The position numbers were made by a program, and so were the translations under genes. The notes under the pieces were generated by a model. It was not told the DNA's origin. It did not search any database and saw only the letters and a list, made by a program, of their open reading frames with translations. Below, piece after piece: positions 1 to 9,126 of a stretch of DNA of 64,000 nucleotides (positions are counted from its first letter, which is position 1; each line of letters starts with the position of its first letter). Source of the stretch: Deinococcales bacterium (GTDB lineage Bacteria; Deinococcota; Deinococci; Deinococcales; JAAFIG01); NCBI GenBank assembly GCA_043778225.1, contig JAYWGM010000095.1:1-64000 (forward strand). The letters run 5' to 3'.

Positions 1-105
1 GGTGCTTGTACAGTATCTGCCAACGGTAGCGATTTTAACGTTATTGTGACTGGTGGAGCATCATCCGATAGTGTTAGCTCGCTCAATGGTCAACAACCAA
101 GGTAA
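1..105 (+). CDS. 3' end of a type IV pilin-like gene (partial), paralogue of the next gene
   Basis: Frame 1 reads GACTVSANGSDFNVIVTGGASSDSVSSLNGQQPR*, which aligns by eye with the C-terminus of 213..638 (GSCSITVVNSGFLVSVVGGLSAGSASSLNGSIPR*). Confidence 0.75.
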   Translation, partial: GACTVSANGSDFNVIVTGGASSDSVSSLNGQQPR

Positions 106-119
106 TCCGAATCTACCAT

Positions 120-165
120 AACCGAAAACCGACTAGGGTAAAGAATCTCTGGTCGGTTTTCGGTT
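120..165 (+). terminator. Hairpin / probable intrinsic terminator between pilin genes
   Basis: Inverted repeat aaccgaaaaccgactagg ... tctggtcggttttcggtt. Confidence 0.55.
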
Positions 166-212
166 CAAGCAGACACTTTATCTCAACGATATCAAACTCG
201 AGAGGAGGTGTT

Positions 213-638
213 ATGAGTCAAACTCGAGGTTTTACCCTAATTGAATTGTTGATCGTTATTGCAATAATCGGAATTTTAGCAGCAGTTTTAATTCCACAAA
301 TGTTAGGCGCACGAATTGCAGCCAACAAACGGGCTGTTCAAGCTCATTCAGGAAATGTATACAAGGCTGCTGAAGCAATCCGTAGCGAGAATTCAAGCCT
401 TACCGACATAGCTATTGCAAGTGCAGTCGAAGCTGTCTGCCGTTCTGTCAGCCCTGTCGTTTCAATTTCCGTTTCAGGAATCATGTTCCGATATGGATGG
501 AGTATCGCACCAGCATCAGTTATAGAAGCAGGTGGTAGTTGCAGCATTACAGTTGTCAATTCAGGATTTTTAGTTAGTGTTGTTGGTGGTCTTTCTGCTG
601 GTTCTGCATCATCACTCAATGGAAGTATTCCACGGTAA
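213..638 (+). CDS. Type IV pilin (prepilin with N-methylation motif)
   Basis: G|FTLIELLIVIAIIGILAAVLIP class III signal peptide; two Cys; GGAGG SD upstream. Confidence 0.9.
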   Translation: MSQTRGFTLIELLIVIAIIGILAAVLIPQMLGARIAANKRAVQAHSGNVYKAAEAIRSENSSLTDIAIASAVEAVCRSVSPVVSISVSGIMFRYGWSIAPASVIEAGGSCSITVVNSGFLVSVVGGLSAGSASSLNGSIPR

Positions 639-655
639 ATTTATTGCACTAATTC

Positions 656-689
656 CCTCACTAGGCTTATTCTAGTGAGGCTGTTTTTT
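656..689 (+). terminator. Intrinsic terminator after pilin
   Basis: cctcactag-gcttatt-ctagtgagg stem followed by a T-tract. Confidence 0.7.
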
Positions 690-702
690 AGCAAAGGACA
701 AA

Positions 703-2148
703 ATGAATAAAGAGTTAATCAGCACCAAGTCTATATTTATAATATTTTTTATCGCACTTGCGTTTGTATATCCTAATTTATATTATCCAGTTATTAATCC
801 GTTGGTTTCTTGGAGCTTACCCAGAATTATTCTGCTTTTGTTGTCATTTATTTTAACAATTTTAGCCTTAAAGTCAATTAAAATTAAAGGATTCCTGTTA
901 TTTTTTGTGGTTATAAATATTTTTTTAGTAAGTATTCAGTTTTTTAATCCCCTTGAAGATGAATTAATTTACACAATTTTAGGTGTTGATGATAGATTGG
1001 ATGGAATTGCTTATCAATTCCTTTTTATAGTATTTATAATTTTTGCAAACTACTGTATTCGCATACTAAACAATAAGACAAAATCTTTTTTATATTTTTC
1101 TCTTATCTCGGCAGGAGTAATTCAAAGTATTGTTTTAGTACACCAGTATACTTGGGTTCCGTTAGATTTAATATTTAGAAAAATATATTTTAGATTCGAT
1201 TCTCCTATGGGTTTAACAGGACACGCGGGTTATACTGCGGGTTTATTAGTACCTTTAATTATTATTGGAATTTTTACGACACAAAGTAAAAATCGAATAA
1301 TCTCCATTCTATCTTATGTATTTACTGCAATTATTTGTTTTGGCTTAAATCTTACCCAAAATCGCTCTTCACTTATCGCACTAAGTATTGTGCTTATTTT
1401 TTGGATATTCATCAGCTTAAAAAATATAAAGAAAATTAGTTTTATGGTGCTTTGTGTTATCTTAATTAATTTTTCTGAAAATATCCTACCCAAGAATCCT
1501 ACGTCAAGTAGAGACCTTTCAAATCCACAAACTTTAACAACAAGACTTGAAATCTGGAAATTTTCAACAGAACTTTTACCGCAAAGCTGGGGATTTCCTT
1601 TTTGGGGTGGAGGAACTGGAAATTTAAAACTACAAATTACCGACCAACTTCCAATAGAAAAACTAATGCTTTTTTACGAAAAAGAATACGGATGGCAATC
1701 AAGTAAAAATATCAAAAAGATTACCCCTCTGAATGAAAAGGATGCACCAAAACGTCAAAGAATGTATTTAGTCAAATATAATGATGGCGAACTTAAACCT
1801 GTTCGCTTAACTCTTGACCGCGCCCATAATTTCTTTCTGGATAAAGCCTTTTCGATTGGTTTAATTGGTGCGGTTGTCTGGATGATTTTCTATATCTATC
1901 CAATTGTAGCGTATTTCAGATTAAAGCCATATCAAAAAACTTTTGAGCAACAGGCTCTAAGCATGGCACTTATTGCCATTCAAATTTACTATATTTTCTG
2001 GTTTTCAGTCATGCAGGTTGAACCCATTCATGTGGTTGTGGCACTGATGGCATGGGTTGGCATCGAACGCGCCAAAGCCATGCCAGACCCAATAACTCAA
2101 GGTTTAAGCTCAAACATCTCCCCTACCCCCCAGTCACTCGAGACTTGA
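703..2148 (+). CDS. O-antigen ligase / Wzy_C-family membrane protein, probable pilin O-oligosaccharyltransferase
   Basis: Many TM helices, TQNRSS motif, R..IW and RAHNFFL..G..G loop motifs; adjacent to pilins; very AT-rich. Confidence 0.75.
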   Translation: MNKELISTKSIFIIFFIALAFVYPNLYYPVINPLVSWSLPRIILLLLSFILTILALKSIKIKGFLLFFVVINIFLVSIQFFNPLEDELIYTILGVDDRLDGIAYQFLFIVFIIFANYCIRILNNKTKSFLYFSLISAGVIQSIVLVHQYTWVPLDLIFRKIYFRFDSPMGLTGHAGYTAGLLVPLIIIGIFTTQSKNRIISILSYVFTAIICFGLNLTQNRSSLIALSIVLIFWIFISLKNIKKISFMVLCVILINFSENILPKNPTSSRDLSNPQTLTTRLEIWKFSTELLPQSWGFPFWGGGTGNLKLQITDQLPIEKLMLFYEKEYGWQSSKNIKKITPLNEKDAPKRQRMYLVKYNDGELKPVRLTLDRAHNFFLDKAFSIGLIGAVVWMIFYIYPIVAYFRLKPYQKTFEQQALSMALIAIQIYYIFWFSVMQVEPIHVVVALMAWVGIERAKAMPDPITQGLSSNISPTPQSLET

Positions 2149-4454
2149 CTCATTGGTACATCCAACCCATCGCGCCAAAGCGGTAACAAATTGTCGTAGT
2201 TCCTCGAGAATGGGTCGCCACTTTGCCCCATTGGGTGAATATACCGACTTTTATCGAGGCTCGAGAAGTCAAAAATACTGCGGTAACTCGCCCCAGCCCG
2301 TTGCACAAAGCTGTCTTGGTTGTAATTGCCAACATTGACCGTCAGGCGGCTGCCATTGGTCGGAATACTGCGGTTGACAAAAAATCCGACGGTCGGGTTA
2401 CTGCCAATCAGGGCATTAAATTGGGCAATGTGCAATTTGCGCCAATTCCATTCGGCTGGATTACTGCCAAGTTGTTTCTCAAGCGCCGCCGCCCCGTTCT
2501 CGAGGGCGTTCTGCATAATGATCTGGCAAGTCTCGAGGCTGCTGGTGCGCTTATCGTCGCAGTAGGGGCTGCCCTTACTCATGGCTGGAATTAAAAATGT
2601 CGGTTCATCAAAGTATTTGAAACCCGCTTCGTCCTCGAGTATCCGCGTCAGTTCACGGTAATAAAAAGCAAAAGCGGTCGCACCAGTGCTGTCAAGGGTG
2701 GCTTTATTGTTCCAGCTACGGACTTCGTTTTGCAAACGCTTGGCGACTTCGGATTTTGGCACAAGTGCCAGTAAACCGGGCATCAGTTCTCGAGAAACAA
2801 TACTTTCATTATCGTTTTGGGCGGCTCGCATGGTGGCAATGGTGTGCTTGGGGGTCTCGAGAATCAGTTCGCGGATGCGTTGGGCGCGGTAGCCTTCGTT
2901 GTAGGTGCTGTATTCTGGCAAATCTGCGCCAAAGGGCAGGGTGCGGTTGTTGGCGGTGACAATAAAGCCTTCTCGGGGGTTTAGTACATTGGGCAAGTCT
3001 TCAAATTTTTGGTAGCCCGTCCAGTCTGCGCCTTTGCTGGCTTCGGCTGGAAAACGTCCATCCCAGTTGCGAATCGGGATTTTTCCGGGCGCATAGTAGC
3101 CAATGTTGCCAGTGTCGTCGGCATAGACAAAGTTTTGTTGCGGTGTGACATAGCGGCGCATGGCGGTCTTAAAATCATCCCAGTTTTTAGCATAGTTAAA
3201 ACCCAAAAAGGCATCGAGCGTGGTGTCATTTGGCTCGAGTGCCACAAAGCGCAGGGCAATCGCTTGGGTTTCGGGGAGTTTCACGCCAACTGCCCCAAGG
3301 TCAGAGATTATCGGACCATAAGCACTGCTGCGGATGACAAATTTTTCTTCTTTCCCACCGACTTTAATCGTTTCTTCTCGAGACTCGAGTTTGACAAAAC
3401 CGTTTGGGGTTTTATATGCACCATCTTTAATTTCGAGTAAAAACAAATCTTGGGTATCTGGGGCAGTGTTGGTTGCGCCCCATGCAATTCGTTCGTTGCG
3501 TCCAAGCACCACACCCGGCACACCAGGCAGGGTTGCACCAATCGCAGAAACCGTATCACCTTTAATATCGGCTAAGTACCACAGGCTTGGGGCTTGAAAG
3601 CCAAGGTGCGGGTCGTTGGCTAAAAGCGGTTTACCCGATTCGGTTCTCGAGCCACCAACCACCCAATTATTGCTGCCCAAACCTTTTTCGTAGCCCAGTC
3701 CGTACTGTTCGCGGATACCTCTAGCGGTGTTCTGCACATTTTGCATCGTCATCTCGAGGGCTGCCGAAATAACGGCGGGCTTACTGCGTGGTGGCTCGAG
3801 TCCAGCAATGTTGAGTTTGCCTTTGTAATCCTCCAAGCGCAGTACCGTTGGGTAAGGCTTGGTGTATTCGGGTTTGAGAGCATTAAAACCAGCCAGACCA
3901 ACTTTTTTCAGTAAGCTCAGGTTCTCGAGTTCGCCATTCCAATTGCTCGAGAGGTTATACGCCAGCATTTTTGACCAGACCAAACTATCGGCGGGTTTCC
4001 ACGGTTCTGGTTTTACGCCCAATAAGCTAAATTCGATTGGATAGTTACCTTGGGCAATCACATTGTTGACCCCAGCCACATATGCCTCGAGAATCGCTTT
4101 ACTGCGTGGCTCGAGCGCCGCATAAGCACTTTCGGCAGCCCGATAAAAGCCCCATGTTCTTAAAAATTTATCTTGGTCGAGCGCCGCGCTACCCAGCACT
4201 TCGGATAAGCGCCCAGCCCCAGTTCGGCGATTGAGTTCCATCTGCCAGAGTCGGTCTTGGGCATGGCTAAAACCAAGCGCATAAAAGGCATCCAAATCGG
4301 TTTTGGCGCGGATATGCGGCACGCCCCATTGGTCTTTTTGAATCGTGACCGGTGCAGTCAAGCCCCGAACAGCTTGGGTATTGAGCGCAGCAGGGCTACA
4401 AGCAACGATAACCGCAACGCCTAAAAGCGCAGCAACAACAATTGGTTTTTTCAT
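2097..4454 (-). CDS. Penicillin acylase family (Ntn-hydrolase) lipoprotein
   Basis: DQWGVPHI, HAQDRLWQM, G|SNNWVVGGSRTESGKPLLANDPHL beta-subunit start; lipobox VIVAC. Confidence 0.92.
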   Translation of the reverse strand: MKKPIVVAALLGVAVIVACSPAALNTQAVRGLTAPVTIQKDQWGVPHIRAKTDLDAFYALGFSHAQDRLWQMELNRRTGAGRLSEVLGSAALDQDKFLRTWGFYRAAESAYAALEPRSKAILEAYVAGVNNVIAQGNYPIEFSLLGVKPEPWKPADSLVWSKMLAYNLSSNWNGELENLSLLKKVGLAGFNALKPEYTKPYPTVLRLEDYKGKLNIAGLEPPRSKPAVISAALEMTMQNVQNTARGIREQYGLGYEKGLGSNNWVVGGSRTESGKPLLANDPHLGFQAPSLWYLADIKGDTVSAIGATLPGVPGVVLGRNERIAWGATNTAPDTQDLFLLEIKDGAYKTPNGFVKLESREETIKVGGKEEKFVIRSSAYGPIISDLGAVGVKLPETQAIALRFVALEPNDTTLDAFLGFNYAKNWDDFKTAMRRYVTPQQNFVYADDTGNIGYYAPGKIPIRNWDGRFPAEASKGADWTGYQKFEDLPNVLNPREGFIVTANNRTLPFGADLPEYSTYNEGYRAQRIRELILETPKHTIATMRAAQNDNESIVSRELMPGLLALVPKSEVAKRLQNEVRSWNNKATLDSTGATAFAFYYRELTRILEDEAGFKYFDEPTFLIPAMSKGSPYCDDKRTSSLETCQIIMQNALENGAAALEKQLGSNPAEWNWRKLHIAQFNALIGSNPTVGFFVNRSIPTNGSRLTVNVGNYNQDSFVQRAGASYRSIFDFSSLDKSRYIHPMGQSGDPFSRNYDNLLPLWRDGLDVPMSQVSSDWGVGEMFELKP

Positions 4455-4501
4455 GTGCAGCTAGTTTAGCCAGTTTTTACTCGCGGCGCAAGGATGCAGT
4501 C

Positions 4502-5755
4502 CTATTGTGCAGTGCAAGCCGTGGCTGTACAACTAAAGCCTTTGCTCGGTGGCTCGAGCAAGACCAGATTGCCAGCACTCACATTCACTCCAGCCCCAAG
4601 AACATTGAGGTCAAATACCAAATTTGCCACCGATTTTGTACCGATCGACATGACCGCCAATGGATTTTGATTGGCAGGATTAAAGTTAAGACCCATAAAG
4701 GCTTTGCTGTCGATGTTTGGACCAGCTACACCATAAACCTTTATGCCCACCAAGAGTTTAGCAAAGACTTCGGCAGTACCGTCAACTTGGGTTTTATAAC
4801 TAAAAGTTGGAGTCAGACCAAAGGTTGGGGCTGTATTGGTGGCTGTCCACGGATTCGGAGCGCCTCGGACGTATTTAATCCCGTATTTCATGTTAGTTAA
4901 ACTGGCTTCAACACTGGCTTTAGCGCTGACCGTACCGTTCACCGTCATGCGGTAGCCAATCACTGGCTCGAGGGTCACAACGATCACCACAGGGATTGCC
5001 CCAATTAAAAAAGTACGGTTATAGGAAATTGGCTTTTTAAGAATCGGGATGACTGTTTCGGGTTTACCTGCACCGACCGTAGCCGCAAAATCGCCGTTTA
5101 ACTTAACTTTGAATGTTCCACCCATACCGACTTCAAAACGTTCAACCGAACCATTGGAAAATTTGAGATTAAATGTCGGCTGCAAGTTATTTTCGATGTT
5201 ACCCGACACTTTTAGGGTGGCTGCCCCAAAAACAAAAGTCCTTTCGTTAAAGCTCAGAATTAAGGACTGTGGTCGAGCAAGATTTTTTTGCAAACTGACC
5301 CCAGACTCGAGATTAGCAGGCAAAATTTCTGCACCAGCAAAGTCTAAGCTACCAAAATCCATATTGACTGTACCTTTACTGATGGCGGTCTCGAGGCTTG
5401 AGGGCGTGGTTTCGATGTAGACCTTGGCAATGTCTTGTGGACGAGCGCCGACTGCACCAAGGGTGGTGATTTTACTGATTTTTCGGATGATGCCATCGTT
5501 GCAGTTACTAGCGACGGTATCGCCAACCGCTAAACCAGTTGGGTCAGTCAGCAGACGGTTGGCTTCAATGGCATCTATGGTGCTTGGGTCTATGGACTTA
5601 AAAGCTGGGGCAACCGAAATTAAATCGGCTGGGTCTTGCACCACACTCGAGGCTGGTTGAACTGGGGCAGAAGTACAAACCGGCGGTGGTACGATGGGGT
5701 TACAAGCCAGAACTCCAACCACTAAAAAAGCGGTGATAACAGCGTAGCGTTTCAT
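4502..5755 (-). CDS. Hypothetical beta-rich lipoprotein
   Basis: 417 aa ORF, lipobox VLAC, ATGA overlap with the upstream gene. Confidence 0.75.
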   Translation of the reverse strand: MKRYAVITAFLVVGVLACNPIVPPPVCTSAPVQPASSVVQDPADLISVAPAFKSIDPSTIDAIEANRLLTDPTGLAVGDTVASNCNDGIIRKISKITTLGAVGARPQDIAKVYIETTPSSLETAISKGTVNMDFGSLDFAGAEILPANLESGVSLQKNLARPQSLILSFNERTFVFGAATLKVSGNIENNLQPTFNLKFSNGSVERFEVGMGGTFKVKLNGDFAATVGAGKPETVIPILKKPISYNRTFLIGAIPVVIVVTLEPVIGYRMTVNGTVSAKASVEASLTNMKYGIKYVRGAPNPWTATNTAPTFGLTPTFSYKTQVDGTAEVFAKLLVGIKVYGVAGPNIDSKAFMGLNFNPANQNPLAVMSIGTKSVANLVFDLNVLGAGVNVSAGNLVLLEPPSKGFSCTATACTAQ

Positions 5756-6243
5756 GGGGTCACCTCGATATTGGTCTCGGATAAGTCAATGATTTGGGCG
5801 TTGCTGCCCTCAATGGCTAACTTGATGGCGGTCTCGAGTTGGGCATTGTCTAAGCGCCCACGCGGCACAGTTTTCAGGGCAACATTGGTAAAAATCAAAA
5901 CCACCCGATTCTGACCCGTTGGCGCACCAACCACATAGGCTGCTTGGGCATTGCCTTGGCGGTCATCGGCTCGAGGAAAAGTGTGCTTACCTAAACCAAG
6001 TTGGACATTGCTCTCAAGTGGTGTGGTATTGCCTGTTGCGCCATACGAAAGCAAGGTCACAAAACCGGCTCGAGCCAATTGAAAAGAAAAACGTACCTGC
6101 TCACCGATTTTATAGCCAGCCCCCTCGGATTTATCGGGCAAAAATCCAGAAATAACCGCACTATTGGCAAAGCCTGTTCGATCCAAACGGGCTGGGGCGC
6201 AGGCTGCAAGAAAACACAAAGTCAGGAGTAAAAAGAAACGCAT
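5752..6243 (-). CDS. DUF4384-like lipoprotein
   Basis: Lipobox LAAC; Y.IGE.V.F....R.G.V.L and FP motifs typical of DUF4384. Confidence 0.65.
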   Translation of the reverse strand: MRFFLLLTLCFLAACAPARLDRTGFANSAVISGFLPDKSEGAGYKIGEQVRFSFQLARAGFVTLLSYGATGNTTPLESNVQLGLGKHTFPRADDRQGNAQAAYVVGAPTGQNRVVLIFTNVALKTVPRGRLDNAQLETAIKLAIEGSNAQIIDLSETNIEVTP

Positions 6244-6314
6244 GGCACAAATTCTACTGCGCTTTTACAAATTTACCGTGAGGAATCCCATATTTATCGT
6301 TCAGGACTTCTTCA

Positions 6315-7016
6315 TTAATCTTTCTCGCGCAAGCCAAAAATGACGGCTTCAAGCGCTTCAGGTCTGAGCAACACAATTAAGCCTGGGCGGGTTTTAATGA
6401 TGTTCTCTTTCTCGAGGTCACGCAAAGCCCGAGTGATTGTTTCACGGCTATTGCCTGTGCGGTTGGCGAGGTCTTGGTGGGTAAACTCGAGGGTTGGCAG
6501 CCCATCTTTGCTGCTCTTAAAGCCGCCACGCAAATATAAACCTTGCAGGGCATAGGCGATACAGGCTTGGGTACTGGCAAAAGAAAGCATTTCGACTTCG
6601 CGGTTCATATCGCCTAAGCGCTTTGCCAAAATTCGGGTTAAATTCCAAAGCACATGAGGATGCCTGTCTAAAATCGCCTTGAGGTCTTCGCGGTAAATCA
6701 CCAAGGTGCTGACTTGATCAAGGCAATATGCCGTGGCACTGCGCGGGCTGCTCGAGATAACCGCCATTTCGCCAAGCACTTCTGGGCTGCTGAGGACTGT
6801 AAAAATGCGTTCGCGCCCTTCGAGGTTGGCTCGAGAAACCTTGACCCGCCCATCGTGAATCATATAAATCGCTTCGCCGGGGTCGTCCTCGCGGAAAATC
6901 GCCGACTCGGCTGCAAAAACCCGCACGGTCGTGGCTTCAAGTGCCATTTTTATGGCAGCTTCCGGCGCTCCGCTAAACAGCGAAGACCGCTCTAAGGCAG
7001 AACGCAGATCATCCAC
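6315..7016 (-). CDS. Crp/Fnr-family transcriptional regulator
   Basis: cNMP domain (GEMA...PRSATA) plus HTH THQDLA...SRETITR; GTG start 6 nt after TAGACT. Confidence 0.92.
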   Translation of the reverse strand: MDDLRSALERSSLFSGAPEAAIKMALEATTVRVFAAESAIFREDDPGEAIYMIHDGRVKVSRANLEGRERIFTVLSSPEVLGEMAVISSSPRSATAYCLDQVSTLVIYREDLKAILDRHPHVLWNLTRILAKRLGDMNREVEMLSFASTQACIAYALQGLYLRGGFKSSKDGLPTLEFTHQDLANRTGNSRETITRALRDLEKENIIKTRPGLIVLLRPEALEAVIFGLREKD

Positions 7017-7055
7017 AAAATCAGTCTAGCACGTGTGGTATGTTTACCAGCGAAG

Positions 7056-7712
7056 ATGGCAATTTCTTTAGCAGTCAACGCCCTATTTCATTCTTTTCCA
7101 AGCACCGGCGAGGTTTTGCGTGGGGTCAGTTTTAGCCTCGAGGCTGGTTGTGTACTGGCAATTTTAGGTCCTTCGGGCAGTGGCAAGAGTACGCTTTTAC
7201 ATTTATTGGGCGGCTTAGAAGCCCCAAAGTCTGGCGAAGTCATTTGGGGGACAAGCAGCCTCGCTGGAGTCAGCCAAGAGATTTTAGCCCGTCGTCGTGC
7301 CAAAGAAGTCGGTTTTGTTTTTCAGCATCATTATTTGCTCGAGGATTTAACGACCTTAGAAAATGTGATGCTCCCGAGCCTGATTGCCAAAGCCGCCAAC
7401 CCCGAGCGTGCCAAAATGCTGCTCGAACGGGTTGGTCTATCCGAGCGCAGCCATGCTTACCCGCGCACCTTATCGGGTGGCGAGCGCCAGCGCTGTGCCT
7501 TGGCTCGAGCCTTGGTGACTAAACCCAATTTTGTGCTGGCAGACGAACCGACTGGCAGCCTAGACCGTGCCAATGCCGAGCGTGTTTTTAGTTTATTGGT
7601 AGATTTAGCCCATCTCGAGCAAGCTGGCGTGGTGATTGTCACCCACGACGAAGCCTTGGCGCAAAAAGCTGATCGAATTATTCGGCTCGAGGATGGAATG
7701 ATAAAGAGCTAA
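7056..7712 (+). CDS. ABC transporter ATP-binding protein (LolD-like)
   Basis: GPSGSGKST, LSGGERQR, LADEPTGSLD, VTHD; start moved to ATG 7056. Confidence 0.88.
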   Translation: MAISLAVNALFHSFPSTGEVLRGVSFSLEAGCVLAILGPSGSGKSTLLHLLGGLEAPKSGEVIWGTSSLAGVSQEILARRRAKEVGFVFQHHYLLEDLTTLENVMLPSLIAKAANPERAKMLLERVGLSERSHAYPRTLSGGERQRCALARALVTKPNFVLADEPTGSLDRANAERVFSLLVDLAHLEQAGVVIVTHDEALAQKADRIIRLEDGMIKS

Positions 7713-7795
7713 GGTTAAAAGGGAAAAAGGTTAAAAGTGTTTATACCTCACTCTTAACCTTTTTTCCCTTTGACCTTTTAACCCTTCTTTAACCC
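7711..7795. repeat. Octamer (AAAAGGTY-type) satellite forming a long hairpin between convergent genes
   Basis: aaggttaaaagggaaaaaggttaaaagtg ... cactcttaaccttttttccctttgacctt. Confidence 0.75.
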
Positions 7796-8941
7796 TTACT
7801 TACTCGGGCATTTTAAGGCAACCACAGCGCGTTCAGCTTCTTTGTACTGCCCAGCCCCACCAGCATATTGAATGGCTTTGGCATAGGATTTACAGGCTTC
7901 TTCTTTTTCGCCTGTGGCTTCGTTGGCTTGCCCCAACCAGAACCAATAGAGTTGGTTATCTATATCTATTAAGACCGCACGGCTGACTTGGTTTTTAGCA
8001 TCCTTGGCGCGTCCGAGTTGTAAGTAAACTCGCCCTAGAAAGTAAAAATTCTCATGATAGATAAGTCCAGTATCAGCTTTAATGGCTTGCTCGAGAACTG
8101 GACGAGCGAGGTTCAGATTATTCTGTACAAACAAAACAGTTCCGTATTGTCCAATGGTAAAAGCATTCTTACACTTGATTGCACCACAAAGGTTATAGGC
8201 TTGGGTGGCTTGGTCAGCCGCCAAATCCAAATCGCCTTTGGCATTGCGCTCACGGTAGACTCGAGCCAAATAGGCACGGACTTCGGCATCCCTTGGGGCA
8301 ACATTGACAGCTCGTTTTAAGATTTCCACGGCTTTATCAAGTTTATTGGCAGCAAAGTACAATGTACCCAAGTTAAACATTGGATTGACTTCGTTAGGCG
8401 CTAAAGCCACTGCCTTTTCAAAATTTTCAATCGCTTTGGTTTCATCGCCACGGTCTTTGTAAATTGTGCCGCGCATATTAAAAATTGCGGTCTTGGCTTC
8501 GACACTTGTACCAATTCGCTCGGCATCATCAAGCACTTTTAGGGCTTCGTCAAGTAAAGCGGTTAAGCGATTTCGGTCACTCGAGGCACGCCATTGCAAG
8601 CGGTAAGTATCCGATAAAGTCACATAGCAGCGCCAATACTTGGCATCCACACTGATACAACTTTTAAGATGCTCGACAGCCGCCGAAAAAAGTTTTAAGC
8701 GAGCCTCAGTACGACCAAGGTGTTGCAAGGCTTCAATGTTTTTTGGCTCGAGTTCAACACAACTTCTAAACGCAATATAGGCTTGGTCTACTAAACCTTG
8801 TCCATAATAGAGCTTTCCAAGTGGCATAAATTGTACACAAGTATTTGCACGAGAAGGCGCGGTGGGTGGCTGATTCTGCGCCATGGCTGGCACACAAAAA
8901 GCACAGAGGGTTAAAAACGTTATTTGAAAGCGTGACAGCAC
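7796..8941 (-). CDS. Secreted TPR-repeat protein
   Basis: Multiple TPR motifs; signal peptide ending AMA-Q; GTG at 8941 preceded by AAGGAG (ORF track start 9043 is likely too long). Confidence 0.85.
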   Translation of the reverse strand: MLSRFQITFLTLCAFCVPAMAQNQPPTAPSRANTCVQFMPLGKLYYGQGLVDQAYIAFRSCVELEPKNIEALQHLGRTEARLKLFSAAVEHLKSCISVDAKYWRCYVTLSDTYRLQWRASSDRNRLTALLDEALKVLDDAERIGTSVEAKTAIFNMRGTIYKDRGDETKAIENFEKAVALAPNEVNPMFNLGTLYFAANKLDKAVEILKRAVNVAPRDAEVRAYLARVYRERNAKGDLDLAADQATQAYNLCGAIKCKNAFTIGQYGTVLFVQNNLNLARPVLEQAIKADTGLIYHENFYFLGRVYLQLGRAKDAKNQVSRAVLIDIDNQLYWFWLGQANEATGEKEEACKSYAKAIQYAGGAGQYKEAERAVVALKCPSK

Positions 8942-9009
8942 AAGTTCTCCTTGGTGAATACTCGAGATGAGGCTCGAGGAGTTGCAGTTGCCCATATGGG
9001 CTAAGTTTT

Positions 9010-9059
9010 TTCGCCCATACAGGCTTGGTATCGGTTCGCCCATACAGGCTTGGTATCGG
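9010..9059. repeat. Perfect 25-bp tandem duplication (2 copies)
   Basis: ttcgcccatacaggcttggtatcgg at 9010-9034 and 9035-9059. Confidence 0.9.
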
Positions 9060-9126
9060 CAGGAAGTTTACGAAGCCGACCTTGGCATCGGGTGAAGTGG
9101 GCGTGAGAAGCGTGGGTTAAGGCGCT

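Noticed and set aside
8942..9126. Riboswitch in the long leader of the TPR gene
   Set aside because: No recognisable aptamer consensus; the structure is explained by the 25-bp duplication
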